From Methylococcaceae bacterium (GTDB lineage: Bacteria > Pseudomonadota > Gammaproteobacteria > Methylococcales > Methylococcaceae): 32,000 bases of DNA. A program made the position numbers and the translations under genes. The stretch lies in the NCBI GenBank assembly GCA_902812445.1, contig CADDZF010000010.1, positions 1-32,000 of the forward strand, written 5' to 3'. The notes beneath the pieces are model-generated. The model saw only the letters and a program-made list of their open reading frames with translations. It was not told the origin of the DNA and made no database searches. Below are positions 1 through 9,143 of the stretch, one piece after another; the first letter of the stretch is position 1; every line of letters starts with the position of its first letter.

Positions 1-227
1 ACCATGCCATCGACCCGGAGACGTTGGACGAGTGGCTGGTCCATCATCGATTGGTCCTGATGCACCTGCCGCCCTACAGTCCGGAGCTGAACCTGATCGA
101 GAGGGTTTGGAAGCACGCCAAATACCACTGGCGTCGCTTCGAAACCTGGGCCAAGGAGCAGGTCCGTGAGGAAGTCATCAACCTCATGCACGGCTTTGGC
201 ACCTCTTACAAAATCAGTTTCGCGTGA
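1..227 (+). mobile_element. IS630-family DDE transposase, C-terminal fragment (5' part lies outside the window)
   Basis: The frame is open from nt 3 to the TGA at 225-227. The translation ...HLPPYSPELNLIERVWKHAKYHW... is the hallmark C-terminal catalytic-Glu segment of IS630/Tc1-type transposases. An AT-rich stretch (about 230-290) follows. Confidence 0.8.
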
Positions 228-489
228 ACGCTTAAAACAATAATAACAAGGAAAACAACTAAAACAAGAAATGTTCCACTAACGAGCAAGGTGCCAGCAC
301 GAAGGCCCAGGGTTCGCTACGCCCGCCATCCCTGGCCGGCTCGCTCTGGATAGCTTATCGGTCGGGCGCGGGTCGGAAGCGCCATCCTGGGCGCTCAGGC
401 CATGCGCTGCAAGGCCAGCAAATTGAAATCCTTTATTCGATTAGCCTGCGGTAGCTAGGGAGACGACCATCGGCAAGGGCCGCTAGGCC

Positions 490-622
490 CCCTCACCCTC
501 GCCCGCCCTGCAAACAGTCGGCCACGAACGCCCTGGCTCTGTAAGGGACGCTGCGCTGTAAACCCCCTTGCAGAGCCAGAGCGCCCGCGACTGATCGACT
601 GCACGGCGAGTGAGGGTGATGG
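490..622. repeat. Long imperfect inverted repeat: arms 490-541 and 571-622, 29-nt spacer
   Basis: I aligned the left arm by hand against the reverse complement of the right arm and found 37/52 matches. These include the perfect blocks CTGGCTCTG/CAGAGCCAG and TCACCCTC/GAGGGTGA. No convincing ORF covers it. Confidence 0.6.
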
Positions 623-836
623 TGCTGGCAGGAGGAACATGAAGAAACCTACACTTGTAAGGCCCCGTAGGCGGACGGCTTTTGGCGATCTCGAAATTTT
701 CCATCGCATTCGACGGCTTTCTCGCGGCTTGGCGGCAGAAGTCCAAGGTCTGGATGTTAGAAAGTCGCCAAGCCATCGGCTGAACCCCTGACACGCATCG
801 AATGCGGTCGAGGAGGTTTCGCGGTGTTATCGATAT

Positions 837-1175
837 TCAGCCCCCATTTTTCTCCATATAGCTCATGTACTCCTTCCTGGATACCCGTTTATCGGCGTTC
901 GTGTCCATGTCCTGGAACGCTCCCATGATGCGGGTTGCCCGAATATCCCGGTCGGAGGTCGGAGCGGTGGAACTGAGATGGTTGGATGCCGCAAATTCCC
1001 CACGTGTGATGAGACCGTCTCCATTCAAGTCGGTCTTGTGAAAGCTCATTGTCCTGAGCTGCGCAGGACTCTTTGGTCTGGCCGTTTCTCTCGGATCGGC
1101 CGCATGGCTAGCTGCCGAGGCCGCCGTCATCCAAGCCGCGCCTAACAACAACAGATACTGGTTTACCGTCTTCAT
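837..1175 (-). CDS. Small exported EF-hand calcium-binding protein (two EF-hand loops)
   Basis: There is a signal-peptide-like N-terminus, MKTVNQYLLLLGAAWMTAASAASHA. Two 12-residue EF loops are present, DLNGDGLITRGE (canonical DxNxDGxIxxxE) and DTNADKRVSRKE. An AAGGAG RBS lies 8 nt upstream of the ATG at 1175. Confidence 0.75.
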   Translation of the reverse strand: MKTVNQYLLLLGAAWMTAASAASHAADPRETARPKSPAQLRTMSFHKTDLNGDGLITRGEFAASNHLSSTAPTSDRDIRATRIMGAFQDMDTNADKRVSRKEYMSYMEKNGG

Positions 1176-1202
1176 GATGGGATCTCCTTCTTGGGATGGT
1201 GA

Positions 1203-2399
1203 CTAAAACAGGCGTTGGACGGGTGGGCAGTTGACGATGACCCCACTGGAGCCGAACGGGCTTCCACCGGGGCCCGTCAAGAAGCCGTTCTGCACTAGGG
1301 TGAGGATTTGAAATTCCTCGCGCAGCTGCGAGCGGTAGCCCTGTGCGATGGCGTCGGGGGTCCATTCGAAAATGTTCATATCCCACAGCGGGCTGTAGTC
1401 GTTGGCGAGGGTCGGAATGCCGCCGAAGGTGTTGTTGGGGCGATGACCGTCCGTCAGCGCGGCGAACAGGCCCTGCCGCTGCGGGTTGGCGCAGTCCCCT
1501 GGGCCGTTGAGGGCGGCAAACAGCCTTTCCACCGGACTGGTGAAGGAATCGTCCCGTCCCGTGGGAATGTTCCGGAGCAGCGGTGCGAAGGTCGCGCCTT
1601 CCACCGCGGCGCCGACAGGATCGTTGACATCGAGCGAGATATACATCAACGCACGGCCAAAGCTGAACCCGTTGACGAGTTGCAGGGTGACCGTCTGATT
1701 TGCCGAGTCGATGGCGACCACCTCATCGTGAACCTTGGAGTAGTCCACGTTCCCCTCCGGAAAGCTGATGTCGCCCTCCTCGACGCCGAAGGCGATGATG
1801 GGCGCGTTGAACACGATGCCGCCGGCGTTGGTCACCTGAACCAAGGGGCTATAGTTCTGGTCTCCCACGGACCCCGCCTGGGCCGATTGGGGCGGGAATG
1901 GACGATCCGAAGGATCCGGCACGACGTTGCGGACGGGGCTGAAGTCCACCCCGCCGGCGTCGAACACCAGGTCGTTGTTCTCGTCGAAGTTCGCGGTTCT
2001 TGCGCCGTTGGTAGCATAGGTGAGCTTGGCGGAGAAGTTGAGCCCCAGAAACGCCGCCTGACTCGCATCGTTCGTGTCGGTCAGGATGTACCAGACCGGC
2101 TTTTTGCCCTGCTTCAGATAACCCTTGTAGAGCGGCAGCGTGACGGTACCCTTGACCACGTCGACCTGACCCGATCTCAGTAACTGCACCGGTCCGACCT
2201 GGGTCTGGTCCAAGGGCGGCGGACCGAAATAGGACAACCCTATGGTCGTGCCTGTGGACGCCGGGGCGGGGAACAAGTCGCATCCGGACCCATCGCCGCG
2301 CGGGCCCGGGCCGGGGCCGTTGGCCGAAACCGGTGGTGAAGCTAATAGCTGATCCGAAACGGTCAGAACTGCTGCGACAGCTGTTGTGTGCAAATTCAT
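1203..2399 (-). CDS. Hypothetical exported protein, about 398 aa, family not recognised
   Basis: A long ORF with coding-like composition. I prefer the internal ATG at 2399 (MNLHTTAVAAVLTV...) because AGGAGG sits just upstream and a hydrophobic signal-like segment follows. It ends 27 nt before the EF-hand gene on the same strand. Confidence 0.6.
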   Translation of the reverse strand: MNLHTTAVAAVLTVSDQLLASPPVSANGPGPGPRGDGSGCDLFPAPASTGTTIGLSYFGPPPLDQTQVGPVQLLRSGQVDVVKGTVTLPLYKGYLKQGKKPVWYILTDTNDASQAAFLGLNFSAKLTYATNGARTANFDENNDLVFDAGGVDFSPVRNVVPDPSDRPFPPQSAQAGSVGDQNYSPLVQVTNAGGIVFNAPIIAFGVEEGDISFPEGNVDYSKVHDEVVAIDSANQTVTLQLVNGFSFGRALMYISLDVNDPVGAAVEGATFAPLLRNIPTGRDDSFTSPVERLFAALNGPGDCANPQRQGLFAALTDGHRPNNTFGGIPTLANDYSPLWDMNIFEWTPDAIAQGYRSQLREEFQILTLVQNGFLTGPGGSPFGSSGVIVNCPPVQRLF

Positions 2400-2582
2400 G
2401 ACTACCTCCTGGTATTCGTTGAAGCTGAAGAGTCGAAACGGAATGTCGCCCGCATTCATGGGGCGCAACCATTGTGCGGTTGGAAAAATCACGAAATCAT
2501 CACGAAGCGTTCAAATAAAAGTGATTGTCCGAATGGCGCGGGCTCGCCGATAATTGGGTACTGAACGGCCCAAGCAACGACC

Positions 2583-3305
2583 ATGATTCCAGCAACCAGA
2601 CGCATCCTGGTGATCGAAGACGATCCCGACATCGGCGAGATGCTTGGGATCAATTTGCGAGACGAGGGTTTTACGGTCGAGATCGCGACCGACGGCACCC
2701 AGGGGCTGAATCGCCTGAACGCCCAGCGCTATGACCTCTTGGTGCTGGATCTGATGCTGCCCGGCATCGACGGCCTGGAGATCTGCCGCGAGGTGCGGCG
2801 TAGGATCCAGTACCAGCCGATCATCATCGTCAGCGCCAAGTCGGCGGAGACCCATCGGGTGCTGGGTTTGGAGCTGGGCGCCGACGACTATCTCACCAAA
2901 CCGTTTTCGGTCCTGGAACTGATCGCCCGGATTCGCGCCCTGTTCCGCCGCATCGAGGCTTTGGAGCGGCAGGCCCAGGCGAAAACCGGCGTGATCGCTG
3001 CGGGCGCACTCTCAATCGATCCGATCGCCCGCGAGGTCACTCTGGCAGGACAATCGATTCCGCTCACCATGAAAGAGTTCGAACTCCTCCTGTTCTTCGC
3101 GCGGCACCCCGGCCAGGCGTTCACCCGAAGTGCACTGTTGGATCAGGTGTGGGGCTATAGCCACGACGGCTATGAACACACGGTGAATTCGCACATCAAC
3201 CGCTTGCGGGCGAAGATCGAGTGCGACCCGGCCCGGCCGGAATTCATCCAGACGGTGTGGGGCGTGGGTTACAAGTTCGTAGGTCGCGGAGAGAGGCCGT
3301 CGTGA
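2583..3305 (+). CDS. OmpR-family response regulator (receiver plus winged-helix DNA-binding domain)
   Basis: RILVIEDDPDIGEML...LLVLDLMLPGIDGLE...DDYLTKPF is a receiver domain. ...LTMKEFELLLFFARHPGQAFTRSALLDQVWG...VNSHINRLRAKIE...IQTVWGVGYKF is a trans_reg_C output domain. Confidence 0.9.
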   Translation: MIPATRRILVIEDDPDIGEMLGINLRDEGFTVEIATDGTQGLNRLNAQRYDLLVLDLMLPGIDGLEICREVRRRIQYQPIIIVSAKSAETHRVLGLELGADDYLTKPFSVLELIARIRALFRRIEALERQAQAKTGVIAAGALSIDPIAREVTLAGQSIPLTMKEFELLLFFARHPGQAFTRSALLDQVWGYSHDGYEHTVNSHINRLRAKIECDPARPEFIQTVWGVGYKFVGRGERPS

Positions 3306-4780
3306 GATTTAGATCCCTTTACAGCCGCATCGCGCTCACCTTCGCCGCCTTGCTTCTCCTGTTCGGCGGGCTTGGGGCCTGGCTCAACGCCGTCGCGGCC
3401 CGGTACCATCAGCAGGAGATCATCCAGCGGCTCAGCCGGGGCCTCGCCGAACACATCGAAAGCCATTGGCCGCTCCTGAAAGCGGACGAGCTCGACCGGA
3501 AGGCGGTGGAGGAGCTTTTCGACATGCTGATGGTGGTGAATCCCAGCATCGAGGTCTATCTCCTCGATGCGAACGGCGTGATCCTCGCCCATCAGGCCCC
3601 GCCCGGGCGGGTGCTGCGGCCGCAGGTGGCGTTGGCGCCCATCCAGTCGTTTCTGGCCGGCTCGCCCTTCCCCATCAAAGGCGAGAATCCGAGAAGCTCC
3701 GACACTCAGGAGATCTTCAGCGCTACCCCTCTTCGGAAGGAAGGCAAAACCGTGGGTTATCTTTACATCGTGCTGGCCGGCGACGACTATCAGCGGCTGG
3801 CCGAGGATGTCTGGCAGGGGCACGTGTTCCAGAGCGTCATGTGGACGGGGGCGGGTGCCCTGCTGCTGACTCTGGGCGTGGGTCTTGGCTTATTCGCGCT
3901 CATTACCCGCCGGCTGAATGCGCTGACCCGAGCGGTGGCGAGCTTCGACGACCTGAGTTTTTCAGGACCCCTGCATCTTCAGCGTTCCTTGAAAGAAAGT
4001 TCCGATGAGATCGGGCGGCTGGCGCGCACCTTCATCCGGATGGCTGAACGTATCGCCGCTCAGGTGCAAGAGATCAAGACCCAGGATGAGCTTCGCCGGG
4101 AAATGGTGGCCAATGTGTCCCACGACCTGCGCACGCCGCTCACGTCGATACAAGGCTACCTGGAAACCCTGCTGCGCAAGTCCGATGATTTCTCGCCCGC
4201 CGACCATCGACGCTACGTGGAAGTGGCCGTGCGCCAAAGTCAGCGGGTGGCGCACCTCGCCCAGGAGTTGTTCGAGCTGGCCAAGCTCGAGTGCGAGGAG
4301 GTGCGCCCCAATTACGAGCGCTTCTGCGTGCAGGAGCTGATTCAGGACGTCGCGCAGAAATTCGAGCTGCCGGCGAACCACCGCGGCGTCCGGATCACGG
4401 CGCAATTTCATGACGACATTCCGCTCGTTGTTGCCGACATCGAAATGATCGAGCGGGTGTTGACGAACCTGATCGACAATGCCCTGCGCCACACGCCGGA
4501 GGGCGGGGAAATCCGCCTGGAACTGTCGCATAATCGAGACGATGCGGTCTTCGTGAGGGTCTCAGATACAGGCATAGGCATTGCGGAGGAATATCTGCCG
4601 AGTCTCTTCGAGCGGCATTCGCCGCTGCGCCAGGTCCCCAGAAAGCACGAGGGCGGCGGCTTGGGCCTGCTCATCAGCAAGCGCATGCTGGAATTGCACG
4701 GGAGCACGATCGAGGCATTGAGCGGCCAGGGTCGCGGCGCGATATTCACCTTCAGCCTGCCCACCATCGCGCCGGCCTGA
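3302..4780 (+). CDS. Sensor histidine kinase (two TM segments, periplasmic loop, HAMP, HisKA, HATPase_c)
   Basis: H-box SHDLRTPLTSIQGYLE, N-box LIDNALRHTP, G-boxes DTGIGI and GGGLGL. The likely start is GTG at 3302, overlapping the regulator TGA (GTGA), rather than the upstream start at 3221 given in the ORF track. Confidence 0.85.
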   Translation: MRFRSLYSRIALTFAALLLLFGGLGAWLNAVAARYHQQEIIQRLSRGLAEHIESHWPLLKADELDRKAVEELFDMLMVVNPSIEVYLLDANGVILAHQAPPGRVLRPQVALAPIQSFLAGSPFPIKGENPRSSDTQEIFSATPLRKEGKTVGYLYIVLAGDDYQRLAEDVWQGHVFQSVMWTGAGALLLTLGVGLGLFALITRRLNALTRAVASFDDLSFSGPLHLQRSLKESSDEIGRLARTFIRMAERIAAQVQEIKTQDELRREMVANVSHDLRTPLTSIQGYLETLLRKSDDFSPADHRRYVEVAVRQSQRVAHLAQELFELAKLECEEVRPNYERFCVQELIQDVAQKFELPANHRGVRITAQFHDDIPLVVADIEMIERVLTNLIDNALRHTPEGGEIRLELSHNRDDAVFVRVSDTGIGIAEEYLPSLFERHSPLRQVPRKHEGGGLGLLISKRMLELHGSTIEALSGQGRGAIFTFSLPTIAPA

Positions 4781-4955
4781 GGGAGCAAGCCCGCCTGGGG
4801 TATTGGTCACCGGCGGTTTATGCGCGACAGTTCTAGCAGAACCGGCGAGCGGCTTAATCGTTGGCGTCCACAATTGCCAACCGACTTTAGTCGGGCTGGT
4901 TTGAGGAAAATGGCTAGGCCCTTAGGGCGTACCAAACTGTTCAAGGCTGCCCCTT

Positions 4956-5237
4956 TTGGGTCGGCAGCGGACGACTGACAGATTCAAATGGCGGCTGGTG
5001 ACACGGCTGTTCGGTCTACTCCAAACGCGCGAGTGCTCGCGCAAGCCCGATGAACTATATGCCCTTATCGAAGCGTGCAGCCCAGGCCCTTGCCTGGAAC
5101 TGTTCGCGCGCGGCGCGCGTGACAACTGGTCGGCGTGGGGCAATGAGGCTTGTGAAAGCGACTATCCGAAATGGGCTGCGTATGCCGACCCTGCGCGCAC
5201 TGAAGCCCTCTCCTTGATCCTATCGCCCAACAGATAG
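4956..5237 (+). pseudogene. Remnant of an MT-A70-family adenine methyltransferase (C-terminal part only)
   Basis: The translation ...CSRKPDELYALIEACSPGPCLELFARGARDNWSAWGNE... matches the conserved C-terminal block of MT-A70 enzymes (hSRKPdE.Y..IE....P.LELFAR....GW..WGNE). No DPPW catalytic block is present, and the frame is closed by a stop immediately upstream. Confidence 0.6.
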
Positions 5238-5285
5238 CCGCTGAGTCAATGGCGTGGGGGATGCGCGATGGTCATGGCGTCGAGG

Positions 5286-6776
5286 TTAAGACTCTTTCCG
5301 CATGTGCGGAAACAGGATGACGTCCCGAATCGAAGGGGAGTCGGTAAAGAACATCGCCAGACGGTCGATGCCGATACCTTCGCCAGCGGTCGGCGGCAGT
5401 CCATACTCCAGGGCGCGGATAAAGTCGGCGTCGTAGTGCATGGCTTCCTCATCGCCCGCCTCCTTCTCTTCCGCCTGGGCGCGGAAGCGCTCGGCCTGTT
5501 CTTCGGCATCATTGAGCTCGGAAAAGCCGTTCGCCAGTTCTTTCCCGGCAACGAACAGCTCAAAACGGTCAGTGACCAGAGGATTTTCATCGTTGCAGCG
5601 CGCCAGGGGCGAAACCTCTGTCGGAAATCCGGTGATGAAGGTCGGCTCCTCCAGAGACTGCTCGACGGTTTTTTCGAAGATCTCGTTCTGGAGCTTGCCG
5701 GGGCCAAAGCTGTCGTCGACCGCGATGCCCAGCTCAACAGCCGCCTGTCTCGCCGTATCCAGGCTGGTTAGAGCGGCCGACGTCAGTCCCGGATTGAACT
5801 GAAGCACCGCTTCTCGCTGCGTCATCCGCCTGAATGGCCGGCTCAAGTCATAAGCCTTGCCTTGGTACTCGATCTTCGTCATCCCCAGGACGGCTTGTGC
5901 CATGCCGCGCAGCAGGGTTTCGGTCAAATCCATCAGGTCGCTGTAATCGGCATACGCCTGATAGAACTCCAGCATCGTGAACTCGGGATTATGCTTGGTG
6001 GACAAGCCCTCGTTGCGGAAGCTGCGATTGATCTCGAACACCTTTTCGAAACCGCCCACCACCAGCCGCTTCAAGTACAGTTCCGGAGCGATGCGGAGAT
6101 ACAGTTCCATGTCGAGGGCATTGTGATGGGTGATGAAGGGTTTCGCGCGCGCACCGCCCGGGATCGCGTGCATCATGGGTGTTTCCACTTCGATAAAGTC
6201 GCGCTCGCGCAGAAACCGCCGGATGAATTCGATCATCGCGCTGCGCACGCGGAATACCCGGCGGGTCTCCTCATTCATGATGAGATCGACATAGCGCTGT
6301 CGGTAGCGCATTTCCTGATCGGTCAGGCCATGAAACTTTTCCGGCAAAGGGCGCAGTGACTTGGTCAGCAGGCGTATCCGGGAGACTTTCACCGACAATT
6401 CACCGGTCCGGGTCTTGAACAGTACCCCTTCCACGCCGACCACATCGCCCACATCCCACGCCTTGAACTGCTCGTAGACGCCTTCCGGCAAACCATCGCG
6501 CTGCAGAAATAACTGTATGCGCCCGGACATATCCTGAAGATGGGCGAAGCTCGCCTTGCCCATCAGGCGTCTGGACATCAGCCGGCCAGCCAGCTTTACC
6601 GTGATGGATTTTTCCTGCAGGGTTTCGCCATCCTCTTGCCCGTGCTGCCGATGTAAGACCTGGGCCAACGCATCGCGGCGGAAATCGTTCGGGAAGGCTC
6701 CGCCCGTTCCGCGCAATTCCTGGAGCTTTTCACGGCGTTGCGCGATAAGCTTGTTTTCGTCCGCTAGGTCCTGCAT
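5286..6776 (-). CDS. lysS: Lysine--tRNA ligase (class II)
   Basis: Full-length class II LysRS features are present, including ...[10 protein letters not shown]..., ...[16 protein letters not shown]... and ...[21 protein letters not shown].... The ATG at 6776 lies 4 nt after the prfB stop. An upstream GTG at 6791 is an alternative start. Confidence 0.95.
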   Translation of the reverse strand: MQDLADENKLIAQRREKLQELRGTGGAFPNDFRRDALAQVLHRQHGQEDGETLQEKSITVKLAGRLMSRRLMGKASFAHLQDMSGRIQLFLQRDGLPEGVYEQFKAWDVGDVVGVEGVLFKTRTGELSVKVSRIRLLTKSLRPLPEKFHGLTDQEMRYRQRYVDLIMNEETRRVFRVRSAMIEFIRRFLRERDFIEVETPMMHAIPGGARAKPFITHHNALDMELYLRIAPELYLKRLVVGGFEKVFEINRSFRNEGLSTKHNPEFTMLEFYQAYADYSDLMDLTETLLRGMAQAVLGMTKIEYQGKAYDLSRPFRRMTQREAVLQFNPGLTSAALTSLDTARQAAVELGIAVDDSFGPGKLQNEIFEKTVEQSLEEPTFITGFPTEVSPLARCNDENPLVTDRFELFVAGKELANGFSELNDAEEQAERFRAQAEEKEAGDEEAMHYDADFIRALEYGLPPTAGEGIGIDRLAMFFTDSPSIRDVILFPHMRKES

Positions 6777-6780
6777 CGTC

Positions 6781-7879
6781 TTAGAGTCCACTTTTTAGGC
6801 TTGCTTCAATGAATGGATCGAGATCCCCGTCCAGTACCGCCTGGGGATTGCCGGTTTCGACGCCGGTGCGCAGATCCTTGATACGCGACTGGTCTAGCAC
6901 ATAGGAGCGTATCTGGCTGCCCCAGCCGATATCGGATTTGGTTTGTTCGAGCGCCTGCTGCTCGGCGGAACGTTTCAGCATTTCCAGCTCGTACAGCTTG
7001 GATTTGAGCTGTTTCATCGCCGTATCCCGATTCTTGTGCTGCGAACGGTCGTTCTGACACTGCACGACGATACCGGACGGAAGATGCGTGATGCGCACCG
7101 CCGACTCGGTACGGTTGACGTGCTGGCCGCCCGCCCCGCTGGCGCGGTAGACGTCGACGCGCAGCTCGGCCGGGTTGATCTCGATGTCGATGTCATCGTC
7201 CACTTCCGGGGAAACGAATACGGAAGCGAACGAGGTATGTCGTCGGTTGCCCGAGTCGAACGGAGATTTCCTGACCAGCCGGTGTACGCCGGTTTCGGTG
7301 CGCAGCCAGCCATAGGCGTACTCGCCTTCATAGCGGACCGTGGCACTCTTGACGCCCGCTACTTCGCCCGCGGATGCCTCGATCAATTCAGTCTTGAAGC
7401 CTTTCCGTTCGCCCCAGCGCAGGTACATGCGCAGCAGCATTTCCGCCCAATCCTGCGCCTCGGTGCCCCCTGACCCGGCCTGAACGTCAAGAAACGCATT
7501 GTGGGCGTCCATTTCACCGGAAAACATGCGGCGAAATTCCAGACCGGCGATTTCCGCCTCGGTCTTGTCCAGGTCCAGCACGACCGTTTCGACGCCCGCC
7601 TCATCGCCCTCCCCGACCGCCAAGGCGAGCAGTTCCTCCGAGTCATGGACGCTCCTATCGAGCACATCGAGCTTATTCACCACCGCTTCTAGCCGGCCGC
7701 GTTCGCGACCCAGGCTTTGCGCCCGCTCCGGATTGTCCCATACCTTCGGTTCTTCGAGTTCGCGGAGGACTTCGGTCAGGCGTTCAGCCTTGGCGTCAAA
7801 GTCAAAGATACCCCCTCAGAGCCTCCAGCCGGCTCTTCAAGTCCTTGATTTGGTGGTACAGGGGATTGAGTTCTCGCAT
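6781..7879 (-). CDS. prfB: Peptide chain release factor 2, made by programmed +1 frameshift (25 codons at 7879-7805, in-frame UGA at 7804-7802, then 340 codons at 7803-6784)
   Basis: Frame A reads [25 protein letters not shown] followed by UGA. Frame B continues [12 protein letters not shown]... and carries the SPF tripeptide (RKSPFDS) and GGQ ([16 protein letters not shown]). The joined length is 365 aa. Confidence 0.95.
7801..7816 (-). promoter_or_regulatory. RF2 autoregulatory +1 frameshift site: AGGGGG UAU CUU UGA C
   Basis: The reverse complement of 7801-7816 is AGGGGGTATCTTTGAC. This is an internal SD-like AGGGGG, a 3-nt spacer, the slippery CUU codon, and a weak UGA-C stop. Confidence 0.9.
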
Positions 7880-8040
7880 CTTGTTAAATCCGCAAAATCA
7901 AAAATAATACTATAGATCCCACTTTCCATGCACGTTCAGGAAATGAGCCCAGGCGCCGCTGAACGATACGCCAATCGGCCGTTTGAATTGCGCCATCGTT
8001 GCGCCATAATGCCCGCCCAGCCAACAACTCGAGGACACTG

Positions 8041-8730
8041 ATGATGGACGCTCGCACTTTACTTGACCAGCTCCTGCAATCGGGCCGTGAACTCGCCGAC
8101 AAGGGACAAAACGTCGCGGAAACCAAGCTCGACATTCCCCAAGCCGGCCCTGAGCGCCAGGCCGCACTCTCCGGCATGGGCAAGGGGGCGACGCTCGCCG
8201 GCGTATTGACGTTACTGCTCGGTACGCGCGCCGGCCGGGGCCTTGCCGGGACGGCCTTGAAGCTCGGGAGCCTCGCCGCGGTGGGCCGGCTCGCCTATGA
8301 CGCCTATCAAGGCTGGCAGCACAAGCAAGCAGCCCACTCCGGCGATGCGGGCAAGGCAATCGATGAGCTCACCGGATCGCAGTCCGAGCAACGCAGCCGC
8401 ATGCTGTTGAAGGCCATGATCGCAGCCGCCAAGGCAGATGGACACATCGATGAAGCCGAACGGAGCAAAATCGAAGCATACCTCGAGAAACTAGAACTGG
8501 ATTCCGCCACTCAGCAGTTCATCCAGGACGAAATCGCCAAGCCGGTGGACGCCAGAGAAGTTGCATCAGGCGCGAATTCGGCGGCGGCCGCTGCCGAAAT
8601 CTATCTCACTTCACTGCTGGCCATCGATGTCGACAGCGACCAGGAGCGTGCCTATCTGAATGAACTGGTCCACGCCCTCAAGCTGGCGCCGGAGCTCGTG
8701 GCGCAACTGCAGGCGAAAGCCAACGCTTAA
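8041..8730 (+). CDS. DUF533 / TerB-like (YebE-type) protein
   Basis: The N-terminus is MMDARTLLDQLLQSG.... A hydrophobic Gly/Ala-rich segment follows, then a C-terminal TerB-like block, LLKAMIAAAKADGHIDEAERSKI. The ATG at 8041 is preceded by GAGGA. Confidence 0.7.
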   Translation: MMDARTLLDQLLQSGRELADKGQNVAETKLDIPQAGPERQAALSGMGKGATLAGVLTLLLGTRAGRGLAGTALKLGSLAAVGRLAYDAYQGWQHKQAAHSGDAGKAIDELTGSQSEQRSRMLLKAMIAAAKADGHIDEAERSKIEAYLEKLELDSATQQFIQDEIAKPVDAREVASGANSAAAAAEIYLTSLLAIDVDSDQERAYLNELVHALKLAPELVAQLQAKANA

Positions 8731-8777
8731 ACCCGGCTTCGGGTCTCGATGGGAAGGCTCGGGAGACGAGCTTTCCC
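8731..8777. terminator. Two stem-loops between convergent genes (possible bidirectional terminator)
   Basis: ACCCGgcttCGGGT at 8731-8744 and GGGAAGGCTCGggagaCGAGCTTTCCC at 8751-8777 (11-bp stem with one wobble or mismatch). The flanking U-tracts are weak. Confidence 0.4.
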
Positions 8778-8818
8778 GTCCGCTCAACCCGTTTGCAGCG
8801 GCGTGCCGACAGGGAGGA

Positions 8819-9139
8819 TCAATCCCACCGGTCATCGCGCACCTGGATCATGGCGCCTTTCACGCGGACGGGAAAACAGACGATGTCTTCATAGGCCGGC
8901 GGCGTCAGGACCTTGCCGTTCCTGATGCAAAAGCGCGAACCGTGGCGCGGGCAGACGATCTCATCGCCGTCGAGTTCGCCGCTGGCGATTTCGGCACCGT
9001 CGTGGGTGCAGACGTCCTCGATGGCGTAATACGCCCCATTCAGGTTGAAAACGGCCACTTCGACGCCGTCGATCTCGGCGACGGCGTGCTCACCAGGCGC
9101 GAGCCGGTCTTTTTCGATGACATCAATCCAGTCGGACAC
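8819..9139 (-). CDS. Rieske-type [2Fe-2S] ferredoxin (non-heme iron oxygenase ferredoxin-subunit-like), last gene of the suf operon
   Basis: It carries the Rieske ligand motifs CTHDG...(17 aa)...CPRHGSRF. The likely start is GTG at 9139 (VSDWIDV...), 4 nt after the sufU stop. The longer ORF in the track would overlap sufU. Confidence 0.8.
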   Translation of the reverse strand: MSDWIDVIEKDRLAPGEHAVAEIDGVEVAVFNLNGAYYAIEDVCTHDGAEIASGELDGDEIVCPRHGSRFCIRNGKVLTPPAYEDIVCFPVRVKGAMIQVRDDRWD

Positions 9140-9143
9140 GGCT

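Noticed and set aside
639-788. A 49-codon plus-strand ORF (MKKPTLVRPRRRTAFGDLEIFHRIRRLSRGLAAEV...) with a good GGAGGAA RBS. The FGDLEIFHR segment faintly recalls the N-terminus of four-helix-bundle (23S rRNA IVS-type) proteins.
   Set aside because: It is too short, and the resemblance covers only about 10 residues and does not continue. At best it is a truncated remnant. A profile search would be needed to say more.
455-794. Minus-strand ORFs of 84 and 103 aa in the region after the IS remnant.
   Set aside because: They have no motifs, odd composition and no RBS, and they span the large inverted repeat. I treat the region as non-coding.
837-1175. The EF-hand protein as a lanmodulin-like lanthanide binder.
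   Set aside because: Lanmodulin has four EF hands with a characteristic Pro at loop position 2. This protein has two loops, with Leu and Thr at that position, so nothing in the sequence supports that call.
1308-2183. A 291-aa plus-strand ORF, and further 70-207-aa ORFs, overlapping the 398-aa exported-protein gene.
   Set aside because: All are Arg/Gly-rich shadow frames. The minus-strand ORF has an RBS, a signal-like N-terminus and balanced composition.
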